A stretch of 20,000 nucleotides of DNA, from NCBI GenBank assembly GCA_000934665.2, contig KZ538503.1, forward strand, positions 45,760 to 65,759. Direction: 5' to 3'. This document shows positions 1-13,269 of this stretch, in pieces; within the stretch, counting starts at the first letter, position 1; every line of letters begins with the position of its first letter. The position numbers and the translations under genes were made by a program. The notes beneath the pieces were generated by a model. That model saw only the letters and a program-made list of their open reading frames with translations. It was not told where the DNA came from and did not search any database. This DNA is from Catajapyx aquilonaris (taxonomy: Eukaryota).

Positions 1-1920
1 GTTATAAGCACCGTCGGATTAAGTGTGTGTAATAAGATTGGGGCTGGCTTTGTTTTCCTCGCTAGTTTGCAGATAAGTTATTGGAAAAGCGGGCCTCCAG
101 AAATATCGGCTCACGAGGCTTTCGAGGCGGTATTTACCAAACGCTCGCCAATCCCTCTCTTAGCTGGAAAATTTCGGGGGGGTTCCAAACCCTCCACCTC
201 CAACAACTAATCAGGCTAAGAAGGATCCTCATCCCAGCAGAACAAGAGTGAAGCTGCACCTTTGTCCTTAGAAGCCCCTGCTAAATTTAGTGATAGCTGC
301 TAAATTTGAATTGCCAAAAATCCTCTTCATCACACTAGTCCATAGAATTTCTCTCCATTGACCTTAGCGACACTACTAATTAGCTTTTCCCCCACCCACC
401 CTCACATAGCTTTTTACCCGCAATCCATGCATGGCCAGAGTTTCATGCAGTCAATAATTAACTGCATTAATGACCACACGTTATCGTCAACGAATTCGTT
501 ACTAAAGCGCAATTTAACACCCGGTGATATCAACTCGCGTCATCACGACATTTTGCGATTCCTGCCTGGTTTTGTCGCCATTACGTCGCGAGACCTTCGC
601 CTACTTGTTTTCAATATCCGGTTTTATTTTTGGGACTCCCCATATACAGCATGTGCTGCTGTTGATTAGTTTTCTCCTGGTGGTTATAATTGGATAGTAA
701 TTAACTGATACACTTTTAGACTGATCAGGAATATTAAAATGTAAATGATGCATTGAGTCACATGTTTACAAAATAATCAAGGTTGAGGGTATAATTATAC
801 CGGTTCTCCCTTACCATCTTCCTGTCCACCTCATGGTTCCCTCCTCTACATCGGGCCATGTCCCCGTGTCCTCCTTCCAACCCTATCTACCCCAACTTGA
901 CCCCCGGGACGAGGGACTTGATAATTAATTATATACGATGTGGACTTAGGGCCTCGGTCTCTTTCCCTTGCACAGCAGAGCCAACTTTTCTTCATTCCCC
1001 CTATATATACCAGCCTACATGATAATTATAACCTTTGTCCTAAACATATTTTGGCCGGCATGCACTACCAATGTTAAACCTCGACAGATTTCGACCTTTT
1101 ACTCCCGAACAATGACACTGTCCAACAGACTCCATTTTTGTTTTTCATTTCTTCAGACACAAATGGCGGGTGACTTTTTTTTCTCTCTTCGTGTCCCAGA
1201 CCGGATGACGGACTCTTTGGGTTGATATCCGCAACAGAGACATAAAAACAGACATGAATGCCAATTGGCTCTTGGTAAACAGCTCAGTCAGGAGGACAAG
1301 CCCAAGTGCCAGCCGAGGATGAATATCAAACGAGGTTTTGCCTTCTGCTCCTCGCCCCCTACTCCGCCCCTTCTATTTTTCTTTCTATCTGTCCCTGTCG
1401 CAATGATTCCTGGAGACAACTCCGGGAGGAAAATCCGGGATAGACCCCCCTTTTTCCCTTCCCCTCCCCCCAAAAAAGAAGCATCCTCCTCCCAGATGCT
1501 GCTCCTCAAGATCTCTCCTCCTTGTACACTTGGCAATGGTCTCACGTCCTCTCAACCACACAGCCCAGAGAGAAAGTTCCCACAAATAAAAGATTTCCAA
1601 ACGTTTCACTTCCCCCTACTGTGGCACACTTTAGGACTTCCAATCACTCGTGTGGAAACTTCATAAATATTCCGCTTCCCCCCCCCCCCNCCCCCCCCCC
1701 AGCAGCGGTTTGTCAACTCGACTAAAAACTGCATCGAATTCGTTACACATTGAGGGAAGGACAAGGGAGTGATTGATGAAGATGGCAGCACCGTATTGTG
1801 CAGGTTGATAAACAGGAGTAGAGATGGCGCCGTGTTACTCAGCAGTCTTTGGGCTTTCCTTGTTGTGTTGCAGACTGTTCAAATGCTTTCTACGCACCTT
1901 TTTGAAATACGCAATATCTA

Positions 1921-2090
1921 CGCTGTCAACCGCAAATCATTAAAAGAGCCGAGTCGCCCATGGAGCATCAATTTGTAATGCTCGTGTGATGCTCTTTTTT
2001 GTTGCTAAAAGCATCACAAGAGCATTAAAATTTGATTATCCACAGGAGACTCAGTAGTAATGCCATTTTAATGTCTTGCGTTTTACAGTG
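1921..2090. mobile_element. Short non-autonomous DNA transposon, CMC/CACTA-like (CACTG termini)
   Basis: Left end TA|CGCTGTCAACCGCAAATCATTAAAA versus right end reverse complement TA|CACTGTAAAACGCAAGACATTAAAA. Internal ATGCTC/GAGCAT repeats occur in both orientations. A related copy lies at 16765-17457. The superfamily call is an inference from the termini. Confidence 0.7.
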
Positions 2091-2973
2091 TAGTTGACGA
2101 AATATTATTAATAAAATATTTTAATTATTTAATTTCAATTTTAAAGGCACCTGCACTATACATCAATATCTCAGGCCTGTGACTTTCTACCTAACCCTCA
2201 TATATTATGCCAAATCAGCATCAGAAATTGACATCACCCTGTAGTAACCATATAAGTACTCGTATCATGATGTGACCCACATTGCTGGGCTTCCCTTCAA
2301 CCGACAAAAAAAAGTAGGTGACCTTGCGTACTTTACCCAGCAAATGGAGTATGTACAGCAATTTAGCGTGCTTTGTATGCCGTTCCCCGCTTGCTATGGA
2401 TTGAAAACCCTGACTAAGTCCCAGTCTGCAATTACCCGCGCAGTTAACTGATACTCTGCATTACTTCAAGATTGATGACTGGCCACGGCAGACGGAGGCA
2501 ATTAATTCACCGCGCCACTAAATTCCGTACCATTTCGTGCGCCTTTTTTTACCCCCCTATTTTTTCTTTTTCAAACCAACCTACTCCCTATGTGTTTTTT
2601 TTCTTTCTCTCCGTCACTCTTGGGCATTACTCTCTTCGCCTAGTGCTCTATTTTAGAATCAACATCCAGAAGTGTCACATCGAGAAGACAAAAAGCACAT
2701 GCCAAGAGCTGGCGAGGAAAAATGAATCTAATAATGCGAAATCATAGAGTCGCCGCCAGTAGATAAGGATGGAGCCGCACTTGTTAAAAACAAGCGGCCC
2801 GGAAAATAAAGAGGGCCTCTTAATAACGTAATTATTCGTCGGACCAAAGCTTCATAAAGTTAGTACACTAGAGAAGCCCTCTTTGGTCCAATAAACAACG
2901 CTGAAAACTTGGGAGTGCATCATTTTTTTCACCCGCCTACTTAAAACTCTGACAGGTGAATCACATTTTCTTT

Positions 2974-3126
2974 TTTATTCATTTAAATGCATAAATACAA
3001 GTGGGCCTAAGTGATATGCATTGAGTGCATTTTAAAATTCACATAATTTATGTGCGTTTTAAATCAACATTCATATAAAAATTGCACTCAATGCATGTAC
3101 GTATTTATGCATCTTAAATGAATAAA
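2974..3126. repeat. AT-rich imperfect inverted repeat (probable MITE remnant)
   Basis: TTTATTCATTTAAATGCATAAATAC pairs with GTATTTATGCATCTTAAATGAATAAA. An inner pair ATGCATTGAGTGCA / TGCACTCAATGCAT is also present. Confidence 0.7.
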
Positions 3127-3290
3127 TAAACGAATTAAAATAATTAATATGAATAAAATGAAAAATACATAAACCAAATAAATGAATAGATAAATAAGCC
3201 AAATAAATTAATATGATGAATAAATAAATATGACGAATAAAATAAATATAGAGATAAATAATGAATCAACAAAATAAGTTAATAAATACA
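3127..3290. repeat. Low-complexity (AATA)n-like tract
   Basis: Degenerate AATAAAT/GAATAA repeats. Confidence 0.7.
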
Positions 3291-6200
3291 CAAAATCTAC
3301 ACCAATCACAATTAAGTTGGTCAGTGATTAAACAATGCTTAATTAATATTAGTTATATAGATAGGCTATGCACGTGCTTTTTGTCATCAGTCAGTTTCTT
3401 TCTATTACTTCAAGAATTAGGCCTACCAAAAATTCTTTCGCTTCTTATAGGGAATAGACAAACAAACACTTCATTAAAGCCCTGTTGGTTCACCCTGCAT
3501 TTTTTTTAAAATATTTTGTTTTTGTTTTTGAAAGGTGCAAGCATGCAAGCCCAAGCTCCTCGTAAAGCAGGCCTTGAGATGGCAGCTTCTAAAAAGGAGA
3601 AGAGCTCCAAAGTCGTGTCGGAGGTTTTTGCAAAAGGAAAAAGGGGGGCGCAAAATGCTCGAAGGGACTCGTACGATTTCATTCCGCCGAAGTAGGCAAA
3701 GTTCCGCCCTTATTCGCCCCCCCCCNATCCACTGACGACCCAAAAACTTGCTTTGGCCCTCGACTCATTAGTCGACCATTCCTGTGCCACTGATAAAGAC
3801 CCACTTTTTTCCTGGTGGAGTAACTCGTTGGAGAGTTAAAAAAAAAAGAGCAAAGTCCTCCTCCTCCTCCATGTCGGTTGCACAGCTGCTAGGAAACAAC
3901 TGCAAAAGCCTTTTCCTAAAGCACTTCTAGGAGTCTTCCAAGTCCTCACTCGATACTTTTCCTAGTTAACTGCATTGAGGGGGTGGAGGGGAGGGGGGAG
4001 TGTACAAAGCTTTATCCGCAGTGTCGTTAAAGGCTCTTCAGAGCCAGGAGTTGTCCACCACCACCACCAGCTGCTCATTAAGCTGACTAAACCTCTTTTT
4101 TTCCTGTCAAAAATGACAGACTCGCACAAATTTTGTCGGAATATTAGTTAGGTCCACTTAAAGCTTACATAACTTGCTGGTAAATAACCTGAAGCTACTC
4201 GAGAAATGATGTCAGTGCAACGAACCTACAAAAAAGCGACTGAAGTTGACACCCGCCCAATTATCTGCAAAAAAAAAGAAGTGAACACAAGTTCTTTTTT
4301 CTTTCCCAAAACGATCGGAATTACAATCAAATGCCCTGCAGCACTTTTCCATTAATTTAGCCAGCCTTATACATGAAAGGAAAAAAAATTCTCCCTTGAG
4401 GATCCTTTTGCAAGTACATTTTTTTTTGCGCAAGTGAAGCTAGGCGGAAGGGAGTTTAATTAATTGCCATTTCCTCTTTTCCCTTTTCTTCCTTATGGTG
4501 GCAAGTTTTTTTTGGGAGGGAGGGGGGTGCTTTCCCCTGTGGCGCCATCATTTCTGGAGGGAGCCAGAAAAAGAACCTGGGCGAGAAAGAGGCAATCTTT
4601 AGCTGCCAGTGGGGAACCTCAACTCAATTCACTCTTTTCCAACCTCCTGCATAGAACCACGCCCTTAAATCCGGATATATTCAATCTGTACCCGCCATGT
4701 ATCGACCCATCAGAAGCTACAATAATGCACACATATTTATGCGGCATAGGCTTCATAACCTACCCAAAAAAGATGATTTTTAAACTCTCAAATTTAGAGT
4801 ATTTAGACGCGATTTTTGGCGTTTTTTTGTGTGTATCGATAACCAAACATGGCGTGGAGATGCATATAAATCGGATCGGCGAAGGTCAGAATAGAAGCCC
4901 TATGTTCGGTGGGGGTATCCAAACAGGCCTGCAGACTGAAGATAAGCGGAAAACCTCACCTCTCACCAGCTTTTCGCAACTCAATCCTCCCACGGTACAC
5001 ACACCACTTCATTCGGTCCCAAAAAATTTGTGCAATTTGATCCCCTCCGACTTGTGGTGGCACAATCCCGCCTTATCTTGTGGGCCTTTTTTTAAAAAAA
5101 TTGCTGTATTTTGCTGGCCAGATAATTCCGGATGATGAGCTCCGGAGGTAATCACCTGGGCCAGTCCCTAATGGAATCAAATGAGCCCCAACTGGCTTGT
5201 GCCCCTCTCCTCCGGACACGGCTTGATTTAGCCGCCCCCATTGCGTCCTATCCGCAAAAAACACTTGTCTCGTATGATTAATCGGTGGGTGAATATTGCC
5301 GGATCAACACCCACAAAACGCCCGGATTTATGGTGCCATTCTCGGGTAGGATAGAGGAGAGGAATGTATTTTGAAAAATATATGGCAACCTCTGACCTTG
5401 TGGAATTGCTGGACATCGAATGTGACATATATCAAATCAGCCCACTGACACTCCTACCCCAGAATTATGGACACCTTCATTCGTGCCCTTATCAGCTGTA
5501 GGGGTTACCGCTTCGGCGCTGCTGTAGTGCTCAACTGCGTGGCGATCCTGGCGGATGATTCTGCCTTTAATAGAATCCACGGTCTTATAACATTGATGCG
5601 ATTAAAATGCAGAATTTCAAACTACGTTAAAAATAATGCCGATTTTATACATTGGTTGGGTCCAACTCCTGTAGATAGTACCGCCATTTTCCAGAGTCCA
5701 AGCGATAGAACCGAGTTCCGAATAGGAATCGAGGCTTAGTTTGCAACTGGTCCAGAAAAATAACATCGCCCTCCCCACCCCCCAAAAAATCTGCATGTAT
5801 ACGAGGAGGAAAATGCAGCTGCGTTTAATAGCTTCCGATTTTCTCTTTCGCAAAAGTGCAGTTTCAGATGACATCTGCAACAAAATCCGTATTGCAGGTA
5901 CTGTACAAATCCGGGCTTTATTTTGGGGATTCGATGGGCTGAAGCGTTGACCGGACGTATTGTTATCCAGCCCCTGTAATTGAAGTTAAGCGACTTTTTT
6001 TTTGGGTGAGCGAAAAGGTCGCCCACTTTTTTTTTCGGGGAGGAGAAGCGCAGTTTTTCTCATGGTCGTCTTATTCGCAAAGAGGAGGCTGGACCAGGGG
6101 GCGAAAGGGTCCAAATTGCCTTCTGCCACTGGCTTCTCTATTCAGGAATGAGTTTAGAGACCCAGGCTCTTCATCCAGTCAGGTTCCCTGGAGCGTGATG

Positions 6201-6568
6201 CTGGACTATTGTCAGTGTTGGGGGCCTCGTTCAAGGAGGGTATTTTGCGCAGTGGCTGAGGAATATTGGGCCCTGGGTGGGCCACCACGAATACGTATAG
6301 TCCTATAAGTAAGAGGTAGAATGGTCTACTGGCTATTAGGATATCTCAGAATAAATTCTGGCTATGGACAGATAGTGACGAGGAACACAAAAAAACGAAC
6401 TGTTTTAACCAATAATTATGAAAAGATACAGCCATATTAGCTACCCATTGGAGTTCCTTAATTTTAAGCAAAATAGTGAGAAAAATTGCGAACTGAAACT
6501 AGCACTAGAGGATTTGCAGAAGTTTGTGTGTAAATTAGCGAGATAACTAAATATTGCAATGTATTTTG

Positions 6569-6769
6569 TTTAGATAAGAAACAGCGGTTCATACCTCCAG
6601 GCTATCAGGAAGATGCTAATTTACTGGAGGATCCTGAACAACTAAGGGCACATTATGTCTGAGAAAGTGTCTGTAGACTATATAATTTTGGTGTCGTACT
6701 GGTGGTGCCACGAGTCGGAAAAAAGAGCGAATCGAAGTGATGAATTAGCTTCTATTCGCTCTTTAGCTG
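6569..6769 (+). repeat. 201-bp direct repeat, copy 1
   Basis: Matches 7393-7593 (offset 824) with 3 substitutions seen. Confidence 0.95.
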
Positions 6770-6801
6770 CCAACGGCTCGTGGCGCCACCAGTAAGACAC
6801 T
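6690..6801. repeat. ~112-bp fold-back (inverted repeat; MITE or structured RNA)
   Basis: Outer arms 6690-6717 and 6774-6801 (28 bp). Inner arms AAAGAGCGAATCGAAG / CTTCTATTCGCTCTTT lie within 6722-6764. Confidence 0.85.
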
Positions 6802-7392
6802 ATTAATGTCCAGCACTACGTAGGGTGCCATGTCGGCCACGGACTGCCCGAAATGTCGTCCACTTTCGAAATGGGTTAAGCAGACCCCCATAAAGAGCTC
6901 GTTCCCTGACATCTCCCAGCTTTGATTACGCTTCCTACGATTGACACGCATCAATCATTCAGAGGTAAAGCGTTCCAAATTGAGGGGCGTATGGTCTATA
7001 AAAAAAAGTCCATCTCTCAACTAATGCTCCACTTTCTATCCTGAAAGATTTGGAACACTTCTCTTGACCCACACTTTTCGAATAGAGTATATAGACGGAA
7101 AATTGACGGAGGATATTGATATATTGTGTGCTCCAGTTTCCTCATCTGTAATGTGACAATAGCTGAAACTAATCATCGCCTACCTACACACAAAGAGAGG
7201 TATCGATCATGATTAGCTGGAGAGGTTACCATGTGCCAGGTGCGGTCTGGCTCCTTTCATCTTCAGCAAACTCAATAGCCCAATATTGCGTGTTGACCCC
7301 CTTTTTTAATATAAAAAAAGAAAGTACAGGGTGTTGCGAAACATCTTGCTAATATCTGATGCCATCTTAATCTGGATGATTGCTTGATATAA

Positions 7393-7593
7393 TTTAGATA
7401 AGAAACAGCGGTTCATACCTCCAGGCTATCAGGAAGATGCTAATTTACTGGCGGATCCTGAACAACTAAGGGCACGTTATGTCTGAGAAAGTGTCTGTAG
7501 ACTATATAATATTGGTGTCGTACTGGTGGTGCCACGAGTCGGAAAAAAGAGCGAATCGAAGTGATGAATTAGCTTCTATTCGCTCTTTAGCTG
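7393..7593 (+). repeat. 201-bp direct repeat, copy 2
   Basis: Matches 6569-6769. Ends within the hairpin element and lacks its outer 3' arm. Confidence 0.95.
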
Positions 7594-9933
7594 ACAAAAT
7601 CCTTACTTATTATATGTTTCTCGAAATTGGATAATTCCTAGGGCTATATACAACAATCATGTGGCGATAATTATCCAATTTTAATGCTCAAATGTCATGT
7701 GAATTTCTTGTGAAATGTATTGTTGGCATTACGTCACCTAAATGCAATTATTGGGTCATCTAAATGCTTCTCTAAATAATTAGCAACGTCGCCTTAAATT
7801 GCTCAACTTGTTAATTTTCAAACGGCATAAGAGTAAGCAACTACAATTCAAAATAATAATTAATGAGGGCCAGCCCTTATTATTAAAAATTCATTTAAAA
7901 TAAACAATAATTTGAAGAGAGTACTGGAAAATAGTATTCCAAAGTTTTTTCAAAGTTGACAACTTGGAAAAAAATAATTCCATCTTCGAATCACAAGTGT
8001 ACTGAGAGCCAAAATCCTCAAAATATTTCGACTATAAAATGCGTAATACCTTTTGGTATATCCTGTAGCTGGTTGAGTGGGAAGAAGAAAAGTCTAACGA
8101 GCTTCACTAGTCAACCAGCAGGAAATTTTTTTTTCCTCCAAAAGTTTTCTTTCGACCTCCCCCCCCCCCTCCCCTTTTCAGTAGAAAAGTGTACGACGTC
8201 TCTTTGGATGACTTCTCCTCTGGCACAAAACGGCGGTGGGGAGGGGAAGAAGGAAGGGAGGGAAAATCCGGTGAAATCTACCAAGTGGGCTTTGGTTCCA
8301 TTCCGGTTGATCTCTCTTTCCCTCCCCAAAAAATCTTTGGCCGAGTCTAGAGAGAAACTGGGGTACCTGCAACTACATCTCCCTCGCAGTTTGGTCGCTG
8401 AGTAAGAGGCATGACCTATGATATTGCGCTCTTCTAATAGCCCGGGAAAAAAAGTAGAAGGGTCGGGCCTCCACTACCTAACTTCTTAAACGACGAAATA
8501 TGTAGGCCTACGCTGCTCGGAATGGCCCGTGTAGGTCTAGAGAGAGAAAAGAGACGGGCCATTTACCAAATCGACTCGATATAGGCCATAAAAGCCAGAA
8601 CTAAATTCCTAATCATATATTGGCTTGCCTGTGACTCTAGTTGTCCGGGGTGAGTCATCATCTCATGTTCATGTAGTACCAATTTCCCCCGCACGACCGT
8701 CAAGTGGCAGTAGTGGGCAGAGAGGGAGGATGCGCCATCTATGGGAGGAAAATAGCACATCGTTAAAATCTTAGCCAAAAGCTGGCAAGAGGTTCACTCT
8801 AGTGTCTAGTACAATAAAATGCCATAAGTATTTCGCTCTTGCTGTAGTAGTACAGGAATATTGTGGAGTTGACAATACACTGTGTGGACCAGGACGTATC
8901 ATACACTGTAAATGTGTGTAGCAAGATTATTATTTGCTTTTAAAAAAATCGCTCGCTTGAGTGCATCTTTTGTTCGTGAATTCCGGTCAATGTCACTGCT
9001 ATTTTTGGGCTCCTAATTTGAACGCAGACCGCACTTGACCCTGGCCGGAATATCCTTGTAAACCCCTGTGACAACATGGAAGGCACCTCGATATATGGTT
9101 CCTCCTCCTTCCCACCCTTCATATAATCGGCATTTAAAATTCACAGACCCACCTCCTACTCCTTCTTGGCCGGACTTAACTCCAAAAGTGCTCCCATGAT
9201 TCTTCATGAACCGCACCTTCTCGTCGCCAAAAAAAAAATAGAAGGAAGTTTTTTTTTTTTTAAAAAAAAAAGAGATCTAGATTCCTGAGAGTAAGGAAGT
9301 TCACCTCGTGGATTCTTGGGTTGAGGTTCTTTGAAGGAGAAAATTTGAATAGCGGAAGAGTGGCGAGTGGGGGTCTCGGCGAGAAGGAATGGCAAATTGG
9401 GCCAAGATCCGGAGTGGGCCAAGGCCACACCAAACCCGGAACCCAAGAAGTTGAAGAAGCAGACACGAAGAAGTCTGAGATGAAGGATTGAAAGAGAGAG
9501 AGAGAGAACCAAGCTTCGTCGAAGGTCGACCAAAAAATTCCTGACCGACATCCTATTTTTTTTTCGCCTTGAAGAAAATAAAAGAAAATCCGGCGATGTA
9601 GTTCTTCCTTTCTCCGTACAAATATTACCTGGCAGCAAGGCCGAGGACCAAGTTCAAGGCTGATTGAAATGAAGTTCCGGAAACGCCCGAGAAATGTTCG
9701 AAGCCCCGTAATAAACCAGTCTCCCTGAAAAAGGATCGTGATCCGACTGTCAATTTCTTACATTCCTGGTACCCTCCCCTCCCACCTTCTCCAAAACTGA
9801 TTAATTTCCTCGGCCTTCCGGTGTGCTAAGGCCATCCCTTGCCCTTCACTAAACAACAGAGCATTAATTTCAACCAAATAAATTTCATCCGAGGACCTTG
9901 GCCTCCTCAACAATATGGGTGTGGGAGAAACGA

Positions 9934-10730
9934 TAATATCGAAGTAACAGCGACTGCTACTCAAAGTAGCAGTGATTCATTCCAGTGATAAGCAGCAGTG
10001 ACTAACTCCAATGATAAATAAAAGTATAATCCCCAGATATAAGTAGCAGTGATTGATTCCAGTGATAAGTAGCGGTTCTTGTGTGAGGTAACTTACTGTA
10101 TTTAATTTTTTTGTAATTCAGTTTTGTAATATCAAGAGCTTGGTAATATTGAAGTAACGGCGACTGCTACTGCTACTCAAATTAGCAGTGATTGATTCCA
10201 GTGACAGGTAGCAGTTTCCTGTGTGAGGTGCTGTATTTAAACTTTTTGTAATTATTATTTTTACTGTAGTATTGAACAACAACAGCTACTTTGAGTAGCA
10301 GTAACAGTCGCTGTAAAATATTACAAAATTAACTCAACTTAATTAAATTAAATTTCATTAATTTAGTTAAAAAGTAGCAGTGATTGATTCCAGTGATAAG
10401 TAGCAATTTTCTTGTTTGAGGTGCTGCATTTAATTATTTTTTTGCCTTTTTAATGCAGTGTTCGTACTTAATTAATGCAGGTCCGCACCTTATTGAGCTC
10501 TGTTATTAAAAATTTAAATCCTATCAGGCATCGAATGATGCCAGAAGTAATTAATCTCGGGGATAAGTAGGAGTGACTGATTCCAGTAAATAAATATAAC
10601 AGTTCTTGTTTGAGGTGCTGCATTTTTTGTGTGCATATTTTGTGCAGTGTTCGCACTTAATTATCGCCTGTACCAATCCCTGCCTGTACCTTGTTGGACT
10701 TAGTTATTAAAAACTTAAATCCCATCAGGC
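9934..10730. repeat. Degenerate complex repeat region
   Basis: The core AAGTAGCAGTGATTGATTCCAGTGATAAGTAGC occurs at about 9964, 10041, 10181, 10372 and 10565, usually followed by TTCTTGT(G/T)TGAGGTGCTG. An inverted sub-copy lies at about 10283-10313. Confidence 0.8.
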
Positions 10731-13269
10731 CATAGAGCGACGTGGGATCCAAAAATTAATCAGTGTCGAAATGAATTTAGTATGGATTGTTCCCAACAGG
10801 TTGAAGGGGGGTTTAACCCCTATAGGGTTGAATATTGTCACAAGGTGAATGTCAGACCACAGCAGCCTCACTCGACTAAATAATCGGATTGGCCTGAGTC
10901 CGAGGGGGTCCCTTTTGAATGGGATTTGGCAGTGCGGAGAATAAGGATGCCCCATCACATAATAATAATAGCAATAATAATAACGTGCAAGAGGGTGGGG
11001 GGGGGGGGTAATGAAGCGCACGTTATGCATGTCGGCGTGTAATCGGTGGGGACCTCGCTTCGGCAATAAAACGTTGGCCATGACGTTGTTCAGTGTGGAG
11101 AAAACGCCTTGATAAGGAAAATCACGTTGCGCGGATTCATCTTCCACTACATTTACTACGAGCTCCGGATGATTCCCTCTGGACCAAACCAGCTGCAAAA
11201 CGCAATTCTGGGGGAGGGGGGGGGAGGGTATGAAAAGCACCCCCTTTTCTCTATATAAACTGCAACAAGAAATCTTTGAAAAATTCTGTCTAATTTACAT
11301 GTTCGTACAGAGGCAACATCATACTGTATAGTCAGATTAAGCAACAAAATTTTGGTGGGGGATATGTACGGTACAATCAACACTACGTGCCTGGGTCACA
11401 AATGAGGAAATGAAACAGATCTAGGGTCTGATTGGCCCATTTCCACACTCATATCAGGCGGGAAATTCAGTTTATTTGATTGGCTCTCTCTCTCTCTCGC
11501 AATTTGTTCCAATCGTACAATTGAATTGTCCCAAGTTAGCCAATTCTTTGAGTATACATGGCTTTAAAATATTCTCCAGCCTTGCGCATTTTCATCGCAA
11601 CAAAATTATGCAACAAAAGCACTTTTTACCCACTCCTAGCGCAAAAAAATAGAGTCGCAAGTTGAGCCTGGAAGCCTTCCCCCTTCCCCCGGATGGCTGA
11701 GAAGTCGGGGCCTGTCCGGAATGTCCGGATTAATCGCGCCGGAAAGCGGCTGGAAATGTGTAGGAAGAGCAGGCAAGAAGTCATAAAGGGCGCTAATTTG
11801 AGAGGAGGACGACTGAGGAATGACGAGATTATCTGCAGACATGAGCTTCTCTCTCTCCCTCTCCCAAACAGCCTTCAGATGACGTGTCCCCCCCTCCCAA
11901 CCAAGCCTTTTTTTCCGTCCCCCCCTTTTTTTTAAAGTCCTCGAATTCCCAGGCCCCTCCTCCCTACTACTATCTGCACGACAATTAGCACTCTTGCACT
12001 GCATAAATTATACCTCCCAGACTCTCTTCATTTGTCACGCCCTTGAGATAAAAGCAGAGCACAACTTCGGCCCTCTACACAACTATTTGGGGGGGGGGGG
12101 GCGTATGTTGGCTTCATCCAATGAATGCATCGGATAATTGAGGGGTGCGATGGAAAAAACGTGATAACCCACAAAAGTGTAATATTTCAGGAGAGAGCTA
12201 ATTGAAGTTTGCACTAATGACAAGTAGTACGATATGCTACTACCAGTTGGCGTATAGGCTGTCCCTCTGTACACTACTGCTGCTCTAAAAGGGAAAGTAG
12301 TACTACATGCACGTTGGTGATGAGTCGCCGAGCGGACAAAGCCCACCAGCGCCTGTTTCGCCTCTATTGACCGCTCTCTGACCGCTAATAACTGTTGAAC
12401 GGTGAAAGTGAAACCTATGGTAACTACTACCTATAGCCGATTTGTCAACACGTGTACAGTAGTATGGTAGCTGAAAGGTGTTAAAGGTATAAAAAAAATG
12501 ACAAAAATGTGGGTTGTCACTTTTTCCACCAAACCTCTCATTATGCCTGGTCGGATTTTATTTATTTTTTGACAAAAATCTTGCGAGTGTTGGCCCAGTT
12601 TCTAGGACTATTGACAGTCGCCTAGGGGCCGGGAAAGCGATATTTTCCGTGTGTCTGTTTGCTTCCAAAACTGTTCCTCAGTCCGGAAGCAAACATTCGG
12701 AATTAATCTGGACTGGTAGTGCTGAGGAAAGCACGATGTCGCCAAAGGGGACAGAAGGAGACAGGGTGTCCTGAGGGAGGAGGTCAACATCCTTCAAACT
12801 CCCCCCCCCCCTCTTTTTAGCCGTCTGTGTGTCCGCGGTGCCAAATATTTGTTTTCCAATCTCGCCAGGAGAGCAAGGAGTTCCTCTCTTTTTTCTCTCT
12901 GTGTCTGGGTCGATAGCACGTGTTTTTTGTGGATGGGACCCCTCCCTTCATCTTGTGCACTTGCCAACCATCTCTCTAGGAGAAAGTTACTCCGGGGCGC
13001 CCCCAGAAAGTCTCGAACCGGGGAAAAAAATGGAGAGGAATAATGGGGGACAAATACTTCCGGGGAGCTCCAGAGAAGATATTTCCAGGAGAGATTTTTA
13101 AAAAATGGATTCGACATCGCCTCTTCCGACAAAGTACACGAACTGTTCCTTTGCACACAAAAAAAACGTGGGATAACAAAGGGAAAAGGCCATCTTGTTT
13201 AGAAAAACCGCACATATTTCAGCCAGTGTTTGTGTAAGAGTTGGGCTTCAGGGCACTCGCCTTCTAAGA

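Noticed and set aside
1676..1700. Poly-C tracts containing N (also ~3717-3726)
   Set aside because: Assembly or sequencing uncertainty at homopolymers, so the length and continuity are unreliable.
2130..2243. Isolated CACCCTG|TA mariner-like right end
   Set aside because: No matching left terminus nearby, so too little to call an element.
4464..5135. Longest ORF (223 aa)
   Set aside because: Non-ATG start, crosses homopolymer tracts, no recognisable domain or coding-like composition.
6569..7593. LTR retrotransposon/TRIM or Penelope pseudo-LTR
   Set aside because: No TG..CA ends, PBS, PPT, TSD or RT/endonuclease remnants were recognised.
9934..10730. CRISPR-like repeat-spacer appearance
   Set aside because: Spacing is irregular, the intervening sequences are related to each other, no cas genes are present, and the context is eukaryotic.
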